Shown piece by piece: positions 16,808 through 24,084 of a DNA stretch of 43,297 nt. Made by a program: the position numbers and the translations under genes. The notes under the pieces are model-generated. The model did no database searches. It worked only from the letters and a program-made list of their open reading frames with translations, and was not told where the DNA came from. Position 1 is the stretch's first letter. Each line of letters starts with the position of its first letter. Location: positions 1 through 43,297 of IMG/VR virus record IMGVR_UViG_3300045988_110724; one strand, given 5' to 3'. The DNA is from a virus.

Positions 16808-17944
16808 ATGGCTAGAAAGACTAGATTTGGGCGCAGACCGAACAATACAGGAACTGTAGTTAAACTATCGGGCAAGAGAAGAACTCCGTTCTGTGCCCGC
16901 GTAATGAGCGATGAACGTGATATCATAACAGGCAAGAAGAAGCAGATATGTATTGGCACATTCGCTACTCGTGAAGAAGCATTGAATGCCTTATCTCTTT
17001 ACTCATTAAAGAAATCCAACAGTATAACGAATGAAGAAGCAAGAAACCTTGCCCCTAATCTGTTTGATGAAATTCAAAGAAAGACTCAAAAACGTGTACC
17101 GACTTTCAAAGAGATCTACGATATTCTTTACGAAGAAGAAATTTCAAAACTTTCAAAATCAGCACGTGACGGCTACAATTCATGGATTAAGAAGTTTAAA
17201 CTGTTACATGATAGAAGAATAGACACTATCTCTTTGATGGATCTCCAAGAAATTTTTGATAACAAGGAAGTTGGCAATAGCCTACACGTGCACATGAAGG
17301 TGCTATGTTCTAAGATTTTCAAGTACGCAGTGATCCATCAGTATATTCCGAGAGACTTCGATTATACATCATATATTAGAGTAGCCGAGTACAAAGAATC
17401 AGAAAAACATTATCCGTTTACTATCGAGGAAATAAGGAAAATAAAGGCACTTGACACCCCAGAAGCGCATATCATGCTTATCTACATCTATACAGGTTGT
17501 CGAGCCTCAGAATTAATTAAGATTGATAGAAGCAATATACATATAGACGAATATTGCAATGATGATGGCACTGAAATGCGTATAAGTTACATTGTCACTG
17601 GCTCAAAAACTGAGGCTGGAAAGAATCGAGTAATACCAATACATGACGATATCAAGCAGTATGTAATTGATGAATTGTTAAGAGATGATAAAAGGCTCAT
17701 TGATTCGTGCTATGGCAATATTGCAAACAAATCAGTACTGCCAAAAATTAATGATGCGCTTGGAGCCAAGCACACAATGCATGATACTAGAAAAACTTTC
17801 GCTTCTCTATGTCAGTTAAATAACGTCAATGTATATGTGCGAAAGAAAGTTCTAGGTCATAAAATGAATGATATCACTTTTGATGTGTATACTAACGAAA
17901 GTAAGAACGTGCTGTTTAATGAGATCAATAAGATAAAATTATAG
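16808..17944 (+). CDS. int: Tyrosine site-specific integrase
   Basis: 378 aa. The C-terminal catalytic region has CRASEL, HDTRKTFAS and LGHKMNDITFDVYTN (R..H-x-x-R..H..Y pattern). Confidence 0.9.
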   Translation: MARKTRFGRRPNNTGTVVKLSGKRRTPFCARVMSDERDIITGKKKQICIGTFATREEALNALSLYSLKKSNSITNEEARNLAPNLFDEIQRKTQKRVPTFKEIYDILYEEEISKLSKSARDGYNSWIKKFKLLHDRRIDTISLMDLQEIFDNKEVGNSLHVHMKVLCSKIFKYAVIHQYIPRDFDYTSYIRVAEYKESEKHYPFTIEEIRKIKALDTPEAHIMLIYIYTGCRASELIKIDRSNIHIDEYCNDDGTEMRISYIVTGSKTEAGKNRVIPIHDDIKQYVIDELLRDDKRLIDSCYGNIANKSVLPKINDALGAKHTMHDTRKTFASLCQLNNVNVYVRKKVLGHKMNDITFDVYTNESKNVLFNEINKIKL

Positions 17945-17973
17945 CGTTCCAATAGCGTTCTAATAGCGTTCCA
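17941..17973 (+). repeat. Three tandem 11-bp repeats ATAGCGTTC(C/T)A overlapping the int stop codon
   Basis: Read directly. Further ATAGCG copies lie at 17999-18004 (inverted) and 18292-18297. Confidence 0.9.
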
Positions 17974-18031
17974 ATTGTGATATACTTATTGTGTCAGCGC
18001 TATAAGTACTCTAAGTGAGCATAGCTGCGAA

Positions 18032-18057
18032 AGCCACTCCAAGGGGTGGCTTTTTTT
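18032..18057 (+). terminator. Intrinsic terminator of int
   Basis: AGCCACTCC-AA-GGGGTGGCT hairpin followed by T7. Confidence 0.7.
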
Positions 18058-18232
18058 GTTACTGATTTGTTACTAATTAAGCACTTTTAACTACTTTTCA
18101 CCACTAAAAAATGGCTTAAAATCAAGGTTTTTTGATTTAAATTTATTCATCATCGGTATAATAAAGTGGCTTAAATACAGGGCTTTTTGAGTGCTTGTTA
18201 CTAATTTGTTACTAGTTGAGTGCTTTTTAGTG
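18055..18232. repeat. attP-like repeat field: two roughly 33-bp direct repeats, each holding tandem TTGTTACTNA 10-mers, bracketing two TGGCTTAAA..GG.TTTTTGA boxes
   Basis: TTGTTACTGATTTGTTACTAATTAAGCACTTTT at about 18056-18088 versus TTGTTACTAATTTGTTACTAGTTGAGTGCTTTTT at about 18196-18229. Boxes lie at 18112-18135 and 18167-18190. Confidence 0.6.
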
Positions 18233-18274
18233 ATAATTTACAGTAAAAAAAGCGAAATATATAATACATAATCA

Positions 18275-18303
18275 TTGACAATTTGTCATGCATAGCGTGT
18301 AAT
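18275..18303 (+). promoter_or_regulatory. Promoter of the moron gene (TTGACA-17-TGTAAT)
   Basis: The -35 box is at 18275-18280 inside the palindrome TGACAATTTGTCA. The -10 box is at 18298-18303. AAGGAG RBS, then ATG 18329. Confidence 0.55.
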
Positions 18304-18328
18304 CTTGAACGTAAGGAGATGACAATTA

Positions 18329-18583
18329 ATGGTTAGTAGTATTGTTCAAGAAACAGAGATTTTAATAAAATACATGGGTAGTTTCATTTCTCCATGTACC
18401 GCTAATTATATCGATGACTTATTGAAGAGTTATCATTTGCGTTGCGAGGGTGTCGAAGATGTAATCCTTGAAGCACTATATTTTAAAGCATTCGCAGAGG
18501 CGATAGAAGTCGCAAAGAGTCAATTGAAAGAACAAGGTATTGAATATGATGTACTTATTGCTGCACATGTAATAGAGGAATAA
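18329..18583 (+). CDS. Hypothetical acidic 84-aa protein (moron between attP and the lysis cassette)
   Basis: Stand-alone plus-strand ORF with its own promoter, RBS and terminator. Confidence 0.6.
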   Translation: MVSSIVQETEILIKYMGSFISPCTANYIDDLLKSYHLRCEGVEDVILEALYFKAFAEAIEVAKSQLKEQGIEYDVLIAAHVIEE

Positions 18584-18596
18584 CAATTTAGACAAA

Positions 18597-18627
18597 TAAA
18601 AAAAAGACAGGTTGCCGCCTGTCTTTT
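18597..18627. terminator. Bidirectional intrinsic terminator
   Basis: A9, then GACAGG-ttgccg-CCTGTC, then TTTT. Confidence 0.75.
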
Positions 18628-18632
18628 CGAAT

Positions 18633-18695
18633 AGCAGAAACAAAGGTTGTCCACTAATCTACTAGTTCATCTATATTTTAGCATTTGTTTCTGCT
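18633..18695. repeat. Perfect 12-bp inverted repeat with a 39-nt loop, just 3' of the endolysin gene
   Basis: AGCAGAAACAAA (18633-18644) and TTTGTTTCTGCT (18684-18695). Confidence 0.85.
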
Positions 18696-18708
18696 CGTGT
18701 CAATCAGA

Positions 18709-19653
18709 TTAACATCCCATCATCTTTTTGATTGTGTTCTTACCAGCGACTCCATCAGCGTTTAATCCGTGATCTCTCTGAAAGTTCTGTACACATTCTT
18801 TTGTCTTATCTCCAAAGATTCCATCTGTCCACTTAGCATCATAGCCGTAGCAGTACAACGCAATCTGAACTGCTCTTGCAAGTTCCTGTCTTTCACCTTT
18901 CTTAACATAGTGATTGCCTAGAGCGTCTAATGTCTTTTCTCCAACAATACCGTCTACCGTTAACTTCTTACCGTAATCAAGATTGATTGCCTTCTGAAAA
19001 CATCTAATAATGTTATTCTTAGTGTTAGGACCGAAATATCCATCTACAGCGATATTGTGGTCGGCATAGTAGTTAGAACGTAACTGTCCTACTTTTACAA
19101 TCTCACTTCCACCCTTAGAAGACTGTACAGCATGAGTTTCCTGTGCTCTTACTCCGATAATACCTTCAACAATCGCAGTAGCGCACTTATCAACATTCCA
19201 ATGATCCTTGTCGTTCTGATTGTCTACAAAACAGCATTCTACTAATAATGCTGGGGCTTTAGCCTTTCTCAATACATATAGATTTTTAGTCTTTACGCCT
19301 CTATTTCTGATGCCTAGGGCGTCTGCAATATCATTTGCGATTCTATCGGCGTGAGGTTTAGCTGCTGAATTTTCATTGATTACATATACCTCTGTACCAG
19401 TGCCTTTTCCACCGTTAAGATGGATTGACACATCAAGGTTAGCCGTATGAGCGTTGCACTTATTTACAATTGCTTTTAAGTTAGAATTCTGATTTTTCCC
19501 ATTATCGTCAGTACAGTCATAAACGACGTGTCCTTTAGTACGTAGTAGTTCAATTACTTTGTTTTTAACTTTTCTGTCTTCGTTAACTTCGTCTAATAGT
19601 CCACTTGCGCCACGACACTTTAAAGAATGTCCAGCGTGTACATTAATAATCAT
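18709..19653 (-). CDS. Endolysin: N-acetylmuramoyl-L-alanine amidase (Amidase_3-like) with two C-terminal PG_binding_1 repeats
   Basis: An N-terminal MIINVHAGHS...GASGLLDE and a VECCFVDN-type amidase core. The C-terminal repeats are DGYFGPNTKNNI, VDGIVGEKTLDAL, DGIFGDKTKECVQNFQ and ADGVAGKNTIKKM. Confidence 0.9.
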   Translation of the reverse strand: MIINVHAGHSLKCRGASGLLDEVNEDRKVKNKVIELLRTKGHVVYDCTDDNGKNQNSNLKAIVNKCNAHTANLDVSIHLNGGKGTGTEVYVINENSAAKPHADRIANDIADALGIRNRGVKTKNLYVLRKAKAPALLVECCFVDNQNDKDHWNVDKCATAIVEGIIGVRAQETHAVQSSKGGSEIVKVGQLRSNYYADHNIAVDGYFGPNTKNNIIRCFQKAINLDYGKKLTVDGIVGEKTLDALGNHYVKKGERQELARAVQIALYCYGYDAKWTDGIFGDKTKECVQNFQRDHGLNADGVAGKNTIKKMMGC

Positions 19654-19670
19654 ACTTTATACCTTCTTTC

Positions 19671-19916
19671 TTATAATTCAATTCTTTCAATTTCTGCTCG
19701 AATCTTTAGAATGCGAATATAATTCCCTAAATACTTTTTCTGTTCTTTTAAGAGTTCTAATGAGCATTTAGGAATGAATGTCAAAGTACGAGCCTCATAC
19801 TTGACAGTCATATCATCTAACTTGTCATATCTGATTTTTGCCTGCCAGTATTCTGCTTTAAATCTGTCTTTGTATTCAGCACTATTCATTAGTTCGATTG
19901 TGTCCTGTAATTCCAT
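19671..19916 (-). CDS. Conserved hypothetical protein between holin and endolysin
   Basis: 81 aa. The SAEYKDRFKAEYWQ...L.EQKKYLGNYIRIL pattern is seen in many Firmicute phage lysis regions (recollection only). Confidence 0.55.
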   Translation of the reverse strand: MELQDTIELMNSAEYKDRFKAEYWQAKIRYDKLDDMTVKYEARTLTFIPKCSLELLKEQKKYLGNYIRILKIRAEIERIEL

Positions 19917-19918
19917 AA

Positions 19919-20377
19919 TTATTCTCCTTTGTTAATAGCGTTTTCTGCTACTTCTAAGCCTTTAGTTAGTACAGATGGTACATTGTCTCCGGCTTCTACA
20001 AAATTCTCGATGATACTTCTAAGTTCATTAACGATTAAAGATGCTAGAGTGAACCAACCTACGTATGTTGTGATAGTTAAATCGACATTGATAGTCTGTC
20101 CAATCTCAATAAAGATTGCAGAGGCTAAGAAAGCAACTAAGACCATCAACCAATAGCCTAATTTTTTCCAAACACCACGTACCCCTTTAGCGGAATTTTC
20201 TTTGCCTGTTAATCTAGACTTTCTAATCCCTGTGATGTAGTCAATGATGTTTAATGTCAAAAAGCCTACGAATAAAAACCAATGTGTGCCTAATGCAGCA
20301 GTTAACACCGCTACAATAGTGCCTCCGATTGCGTTAATCGCATCCATGTATTTTAATGATGTATCATATAATTTCAT
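19919..20377 (-). CDS. Holin (Phage_holin_4_1-like)
   Basis: Several TM segments, plus the NIIDYITGI and IVNELRSIIEN motifs. ATG 20377 follows AAAGGAGAAGG. The ORF track start at 20431 overlaps the tail gene. Confidence 0.8.
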   Translation of the reverse strand: MKLYDTSLKYMDAINAIGGTIVAVLTAALGTHWFLFVGFLTLNIIDYITGIRKSRLTGKENSAKGVRGVWKKLGYWLMVLVAFLASAIFIEIGQTINVDLTITTYVGWFTLASLIVNELRSIIENFVEAGDNVPSVLTKGLEVAENAINKGE

Positions 20378-20390
20378 ATTTCCTTCTCCT

Positions 20391-22253
20391 TTAAGCATAT
20401 GAGTAAATAAATGTGCCACATACGTATGCACTATTTACATTGTCTTTCAATGATGTGATGGTCCATTGATTCTTTGTACCATCGTTGGCTATGGGGTAAA
20501 AACGTATCACTAAAGTTCCGCCTGGATAAACAGCAGGAACAAAAACATTTTGCCTAGGCTTTTTATCGTTAGGGAAATTACTCCATATATATCCACCTGT
20601 GTTTCCACCAATTGGAGCAGTCAACGAACCATTCCAGTTTATTTCGCAGAGTTTCAATCCGTCGTTATATCGGTATTTCAGTGTAATGCCACACCCATTA
20701 GCACCACACGAATACCATTGTGACCAGCCAATAACTCTATGCTGTATTTTCCTATCCTTAAGAACAGGAATCCATGTATCTATTTGATTCTCTGTATCAA
20801 AATCAAATACATAGCCGTTGTATGACTGTGCTTCAAGAGGCATATCCACCTTTAATTTCCCACTCTCTGCCTTGCATCCAACTCCAATCCCTCTGCCGTC
20901 AGCAGAAAAATCAAGCAGTTTGAACGAAGGAGCGATAGCAGCATAAGATGCAACACCATCTGTAGTGAAGTAATCCTTCACAAGCACTCTGAACGAGTAG
21001 GCATTATCCGTATTGAATTTGCCGGCAGATGATATATATACCTTGTTTTCTGCACTGTATGAATCTGTATAAGTTGCGAGGGTTGTCCATACCTCGCCGT
21101 TTTTATACTGGATCATGACAGTCTTATCATTCTTATTGTTAACAGGTGCAACTGAAAATGAATAAGTAATCTTAACTGCCGTGCCTTCATCGTCAGCCTT
21201 ATTAGATGTCACATTCCAACGTTGAGCACTCACATTTTTTACCGTTGGCGAATGCCACTCTGTGACGCTAATATTCTTAGACAGTGTAGCCTTCTGCCCT
21301 CTCGAATCTGTAACTGTTGATTTAAGAACAACTGTACCAGAAGATTTAAGAGGCTGAGTTGTAAAGAAACTGTTAGGGCCAGGTATGAGCTGCCCATCAA
21401 TCTCATTGTTGTAATAAGTGATTGTAGCGCCGTTCTTCGCCGTAGCAGATACATTACACTTGACCTTAGAAACACCCTGTATAATCGTTGATGCACCGAA
21501 TCTGCTTGCAATGGTGGTATCTTCATTTGTGTATGTGATACCTGTAACAGTTGGTCCATAACCTGAGGGAAGTACAACATCCAAGGTACAGTAATTACTA
21601 CCGATGAATTTACCGGAACGACTGTATGTATCTACTCTGAAACAAATATAGAACTGTGAAGCATTGGGCATCTTATTAATCAGTGAAGTTGGAACTGTCC
21701 ATTTGAATTCATCATTCCACTGATTATCAGCAATCTGTTCAGTCTTATCATAAAAGCTGTACGTTATTACATGTCCGAAATCAGATGATGCTCTAGGTGT
21801 TTTGATTGTGACACTGTTTCCAAAATAAACTGATGCTGGAGAACAGTAAGGCTTTGTTGCTCGAGGAATAACATCGCAGTCAATACCGCCCGAAGCAGAC
21901 ACACTGCCCACATAACTACCCGAAAGAGTTACCTTCAATTCTTGTGAGAATGAGAAATCAAAATGCTTGCCACCATTGCTGTCATGTGGAATCTTGATAT
22001 TATTAACTGTCGCAAGTGTCTTGGTTCCACTGCCTCCAATAGTCACACCACCAGACCATATGAGCACACCATTTGCCCACATAGAGCCGTATTTAGTAGC
22101 GTTTGAGTTAATATTCCACTTATAGTATTTAGTTAGTGTAGCAGTCCATAAATCATAGTTTCCGTCAACATTAACTCCTGTTCGTGTCATTGTCATTGTG
22201 ACATTACCATTGCCACCACCAAACGATGCACTGCATGTTGCGCTTGTTGCCAT
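20391..22253 (-). CDS. Tail fibre / receptor-binding minor structural protein
   Basis: 620 aa. It is the last gene of the tail module, has beta-rich S/T/N/G composition, and no enzymatic motif was seen. Confidence 0.6.
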   Translation of the reverse strand: MATSATCSASFGGGNGNVTMTMTRTGVNVDGNYDLWTATLTKYYKWNINSNATKYGSMWANGVLIWSGGVTIGGSGTKTLATVNNIKIPHDSNGGKHFDFSFSQELKVTLSGSYVGSVSASGGIDCDVIPRATKPYCSPASVYFGNSVTIKTPRASSDFGHVITYSFYDKTEQIADNQWNDEFKWTVPTSLINKMPNASQFYICFRVDTYSRSGKFIGSNYCTLDVVLPSGYGPTVTGITYTNEDTTIASRFGASTIIQGVSKVKCNVSATAKNGATITYYNNEIDGQLIPGPNSFFTTQPLKSSGTVVLKSTVTDSRGQKATLSKNISVTEWHSPTVKNVSAQRWNVTSNKADDEGTAVKITYSFSVAPVNNKNDKTVMIQYKNGEVWTTLATYTDSYSAENKVYISSAGKFNTDNAYSFRVLVKDYFTTDGVASYAAIAPSFKLLDFSADGRGIGVGCKAESGKLKVDMPLEAQSYNGYVFDFDTENQIDTWIPVLKDRKIQHRVIGWSQWYSCGANGCGITLKYRYNDGLKLCEINWNGSLTAPIGGNTGGYIWSNFPNDKKPRQNVFVPAVYPGGTLVIRFYPIANDGTKNQWTITSLKDNVNSAYVCGTFIYSYA

Positions 22254-23017
22254 CAGTCACCACCTACTTTCTTAAAGGTTAAAGATCCATCGTGGTTAAC
22301 AATGAATCCGAAGTTCCCAATCCTTAAAGAACTAGAAACTTCGATGTTTGAGTTATACATTCTGTTATTGGCAAAATACGCTACTTCGTCATTATTCTGA
22401 AGAATAGAGTATTTGCTGTTTGTCTGTTTGGTTTTGAATTCAGATTCCTGTTTACCTATCTCTATGCCTTCTGCATTGAATCTGATATAAGTGTTCAGCT
22501 GAGTCTGATTGTTTGATACAGTATCAGAAAGAGAACTAAAGTCTTCTTTCTTTACAAATCCCATCTGAATGCTTTCTGTTGTCTGCTGAATAGTAGATAC
22601 AGTAGAAGCAAGGTTTGCGCCGTCAGAGGCACTGTAATAATTCTCTGATACTGTCTGTAAGATGGATGCCTTGGTCTGCTCAATAGATGAAGAAGCATCC
22701 TTGGTTGCCTGCTGCAGCTGATTGTTCATGTTGTTTATTCTGTTATCGTAATCATCAATGATTGACTTTAGGTCATTTGCAAGCACTGGGGTGGTCGTTG
22801 TATATGTTCCATCATCCCATAATATCTTCGACCTAACCCAGTAATAATGCTTGTCAATGTAGTCATCGGGAACGCTTTTCCACCCGCTACTGCTTGCGTT
22901 GGGCATTTTCGTTGCAGAATCTGATAGATAATACTCCGGAGTGATTGAGCGAATCCCCTGCCCGTCCTCGCCATCATTGACTCTCACGAGGGTCATGCTA
23001 GCCGATGCCTTAATCAT
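22253..23017 (-). CDS. Minor structural protein with a central coiled coil (tail fibre component)
   Basis: 254 aa. An N-terminal motif YYLSDS...GW...P......YYWVRSKILWDDGT is related to the repeats in the neighbouring genes. Confidence 0.55.
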   Translation of the reverse strand: MIKASASMTLVRVNDGEDGQGIRSITPEYYLSDSATKMPNASSSGWKSVPDDYIDKHYYWVRSKILWDDGTYTTTTPVLANDLKSIIDDYDNRINNMNNQLQQATKDASSSIEQTKASILQTVSENYYSASDGANLASTVSTIQQTTESIQMGFVKKEDFSSLSDTVSNNQTQLNTYIRFNAEGIEIGKQESEFKTKQTNSKYSILQNNDEVAYFANNRMYNSNIEVSSSLRIGNFGFIVNHDGSLTFKKVGGD

Positions 23018-23021
23018 ATGA

Positions 23022-24074
23022 TTATCCTTCTAACTGTGCACTGAATGTTGCCTTGTTCGTAATATCGCCTGCACCAATTGTATATGTTGCTCCTGTTGCT
23101 ACTGCAGTAGTTCCACCATCCTTGTACCACTTGATAGTTCCTAATGCAGATAACGCAGAACCAGTCACTTCAACTCCACCCTTGTAGACATGAGCAGTTA
23201 AAGTTGTAGCAATAGCTGTATTTTTGAAGATTGTTCCACCACTTGAAGTGATTGCCATTGTGATAGCATCTAAACCATCCTTCCCATTTGTGCCGTTTGT
23301 ACCTTTGTAGGAAACTGAATATGATTCAGTATGCTTACCATCAGAATAGTTTACAACAGTCTTTGTCCATAAGTACTGACCATTTGCCACGTCAGGCACT
23401 GTAGTACTCCAAGTTCCTGTTGGAGGAGTAGTGCCGCTTGTGCCAGCCTGGTATGTTACAGATGTTGAACTTACAGTAACGCTTGTACCGTTTGAACCAT
23501 TTGAGCCGTTTGTACCCTTGTAAGAAACTGAATATGCTTCTGTTGACTTGCCGTCAGAGTACTTGACTACTGTCTTAGTCCAAAGGAACTGCCCATTAGG
23601 TACATTAGGTACTGTTGCGCTCCATTCTCCTGTTGGCTTAGTAGTTCCACTTGCACCAACCTGGTATGTTACCGAAGTAGAACTTACAGTAACGCTTGTA
23701 CCATTCTGACCTGTCTGCCCCTTGAATGCGATTGAGTAACTGAATGTCTTGTTGATAGTGATATCACCGTCAACAACGATAGGAATAGTAATAGTACCAC
23801 TCTTAGTTAATGCAGATGTGGCAGTGATTGTGATTGTTGGCATTGGTGCTTTTCCATCAGATACCGCTGAAATTCCTGTAGGACATGTAATAGTTCCTAC
23901 GGTACATGGAACCTGTTCACTACCACATAATGCCATTACCTGTGTAGTAGTTGTCTGTGTGCCGTTTACAGAAGTAGTAGTACCTAAGAATGTATAGTTG
24001 TCATTAGTTAATACGACGGAATAACCATCGGTTAAGTCGATAACGTCAATCTGATTGACCGCTTTAATTGCCAT
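23022..24074 (-). CDS. Tail fibre-like protein with an internal 71-aa tandem duplication
   Basis: NGTSVTVSSTSVTYQ.G.SGTT.PTG.WS.TVP.V.NGQ.LWTKTVV.YSDGK.TE.YSVSYKGTNG occurs twice (aa 124-194 and 195-265). Confidence 0.65.
   Translation of the reverse strand: MAIKAVNQIDVIDLTDGYSVVLTNDNYTFLGTTTSVNGTQTTTTQVMALCGSEQVPCTVGTITCPTGISAVSDGKAPMPTITITATSALTKSGTITIPIVVDGDITINKTFSYSIAFKGQTGQNGTSVTVSSTSVTYQVGASGTTKPTGEWSATVPNVPNGQFLWTKTVVKYSDGKSTEAYSVSYKGTNGSNGSNGTSVTVSSTSVTYQAGTSGTTPPTGTWSTTVPDVANGQYLWTKTVVNYSDGKHTESYSVSYKGTNGTNGKDGLDAITMAITSSGGTIFKNTAIATTLTAHVYKGGVEVTGSALSALGTIKWYKDGGTTAVATGATYTIGAGDITNKATFSAQLEG
23280..23705. repeat. Two tandem 213-bp DNA repeats inside the CDS at 23022-24074
   Basis: For example, cttacagtaacgcttgtacc recurs with a 213-nt offset (about 23467 and about 23680). 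Confidence 0.8.
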
Positions 24075-24084
24075 AATTTTCCTC

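Noticed and set aside
16612-16959. A 115-aa minus-strand ORF overlapping the end of the CI-like gene and the start of int.
   Set aside because: It overlaps two well-supported plus-strand genes and a terminator hairpin. Its hydrophobic, odd composition marks it as a shadow ORF.
18108-18195. Hin/Gin-type recombination sites. TGGCTTAAAATCAAGGTTTTTTGATTT resembles a hix half-site pair (..AAAACC AA GGTTTTTGATAA) and might be a target of the serine recombinase at 38849-39412.
   Set aside because: The two boxes are in direct, not inverted, orientation and only about 55 bp apart. They lie next to the tyrosine integrase, about 20 kb from the serine recombinase. The resemblance is short and A/T-rich, and they are more simply explained as attP arm sites.
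21239-21580. Same-strand alternative-frame ORFs nested in larger genes (1139-1390, 2933-3133, 21239-21580, 22768-22977, 24363-24551, 34885-35103).
   Set aside because: They are fully embedded in longer ORFs whose products have recognisable structural or enzymatic character. There is no independent support.
23280-23705. A diversity-generating retroelement (template/variable repeat pair) in the tail fibre genes.
   Set aside because: There is no reverse transcriptase gene anywhere in the genome. The repeats are in-frame tandem coding duplications, not a non-coding TR plus a 3' VR with adenine-specific differences.
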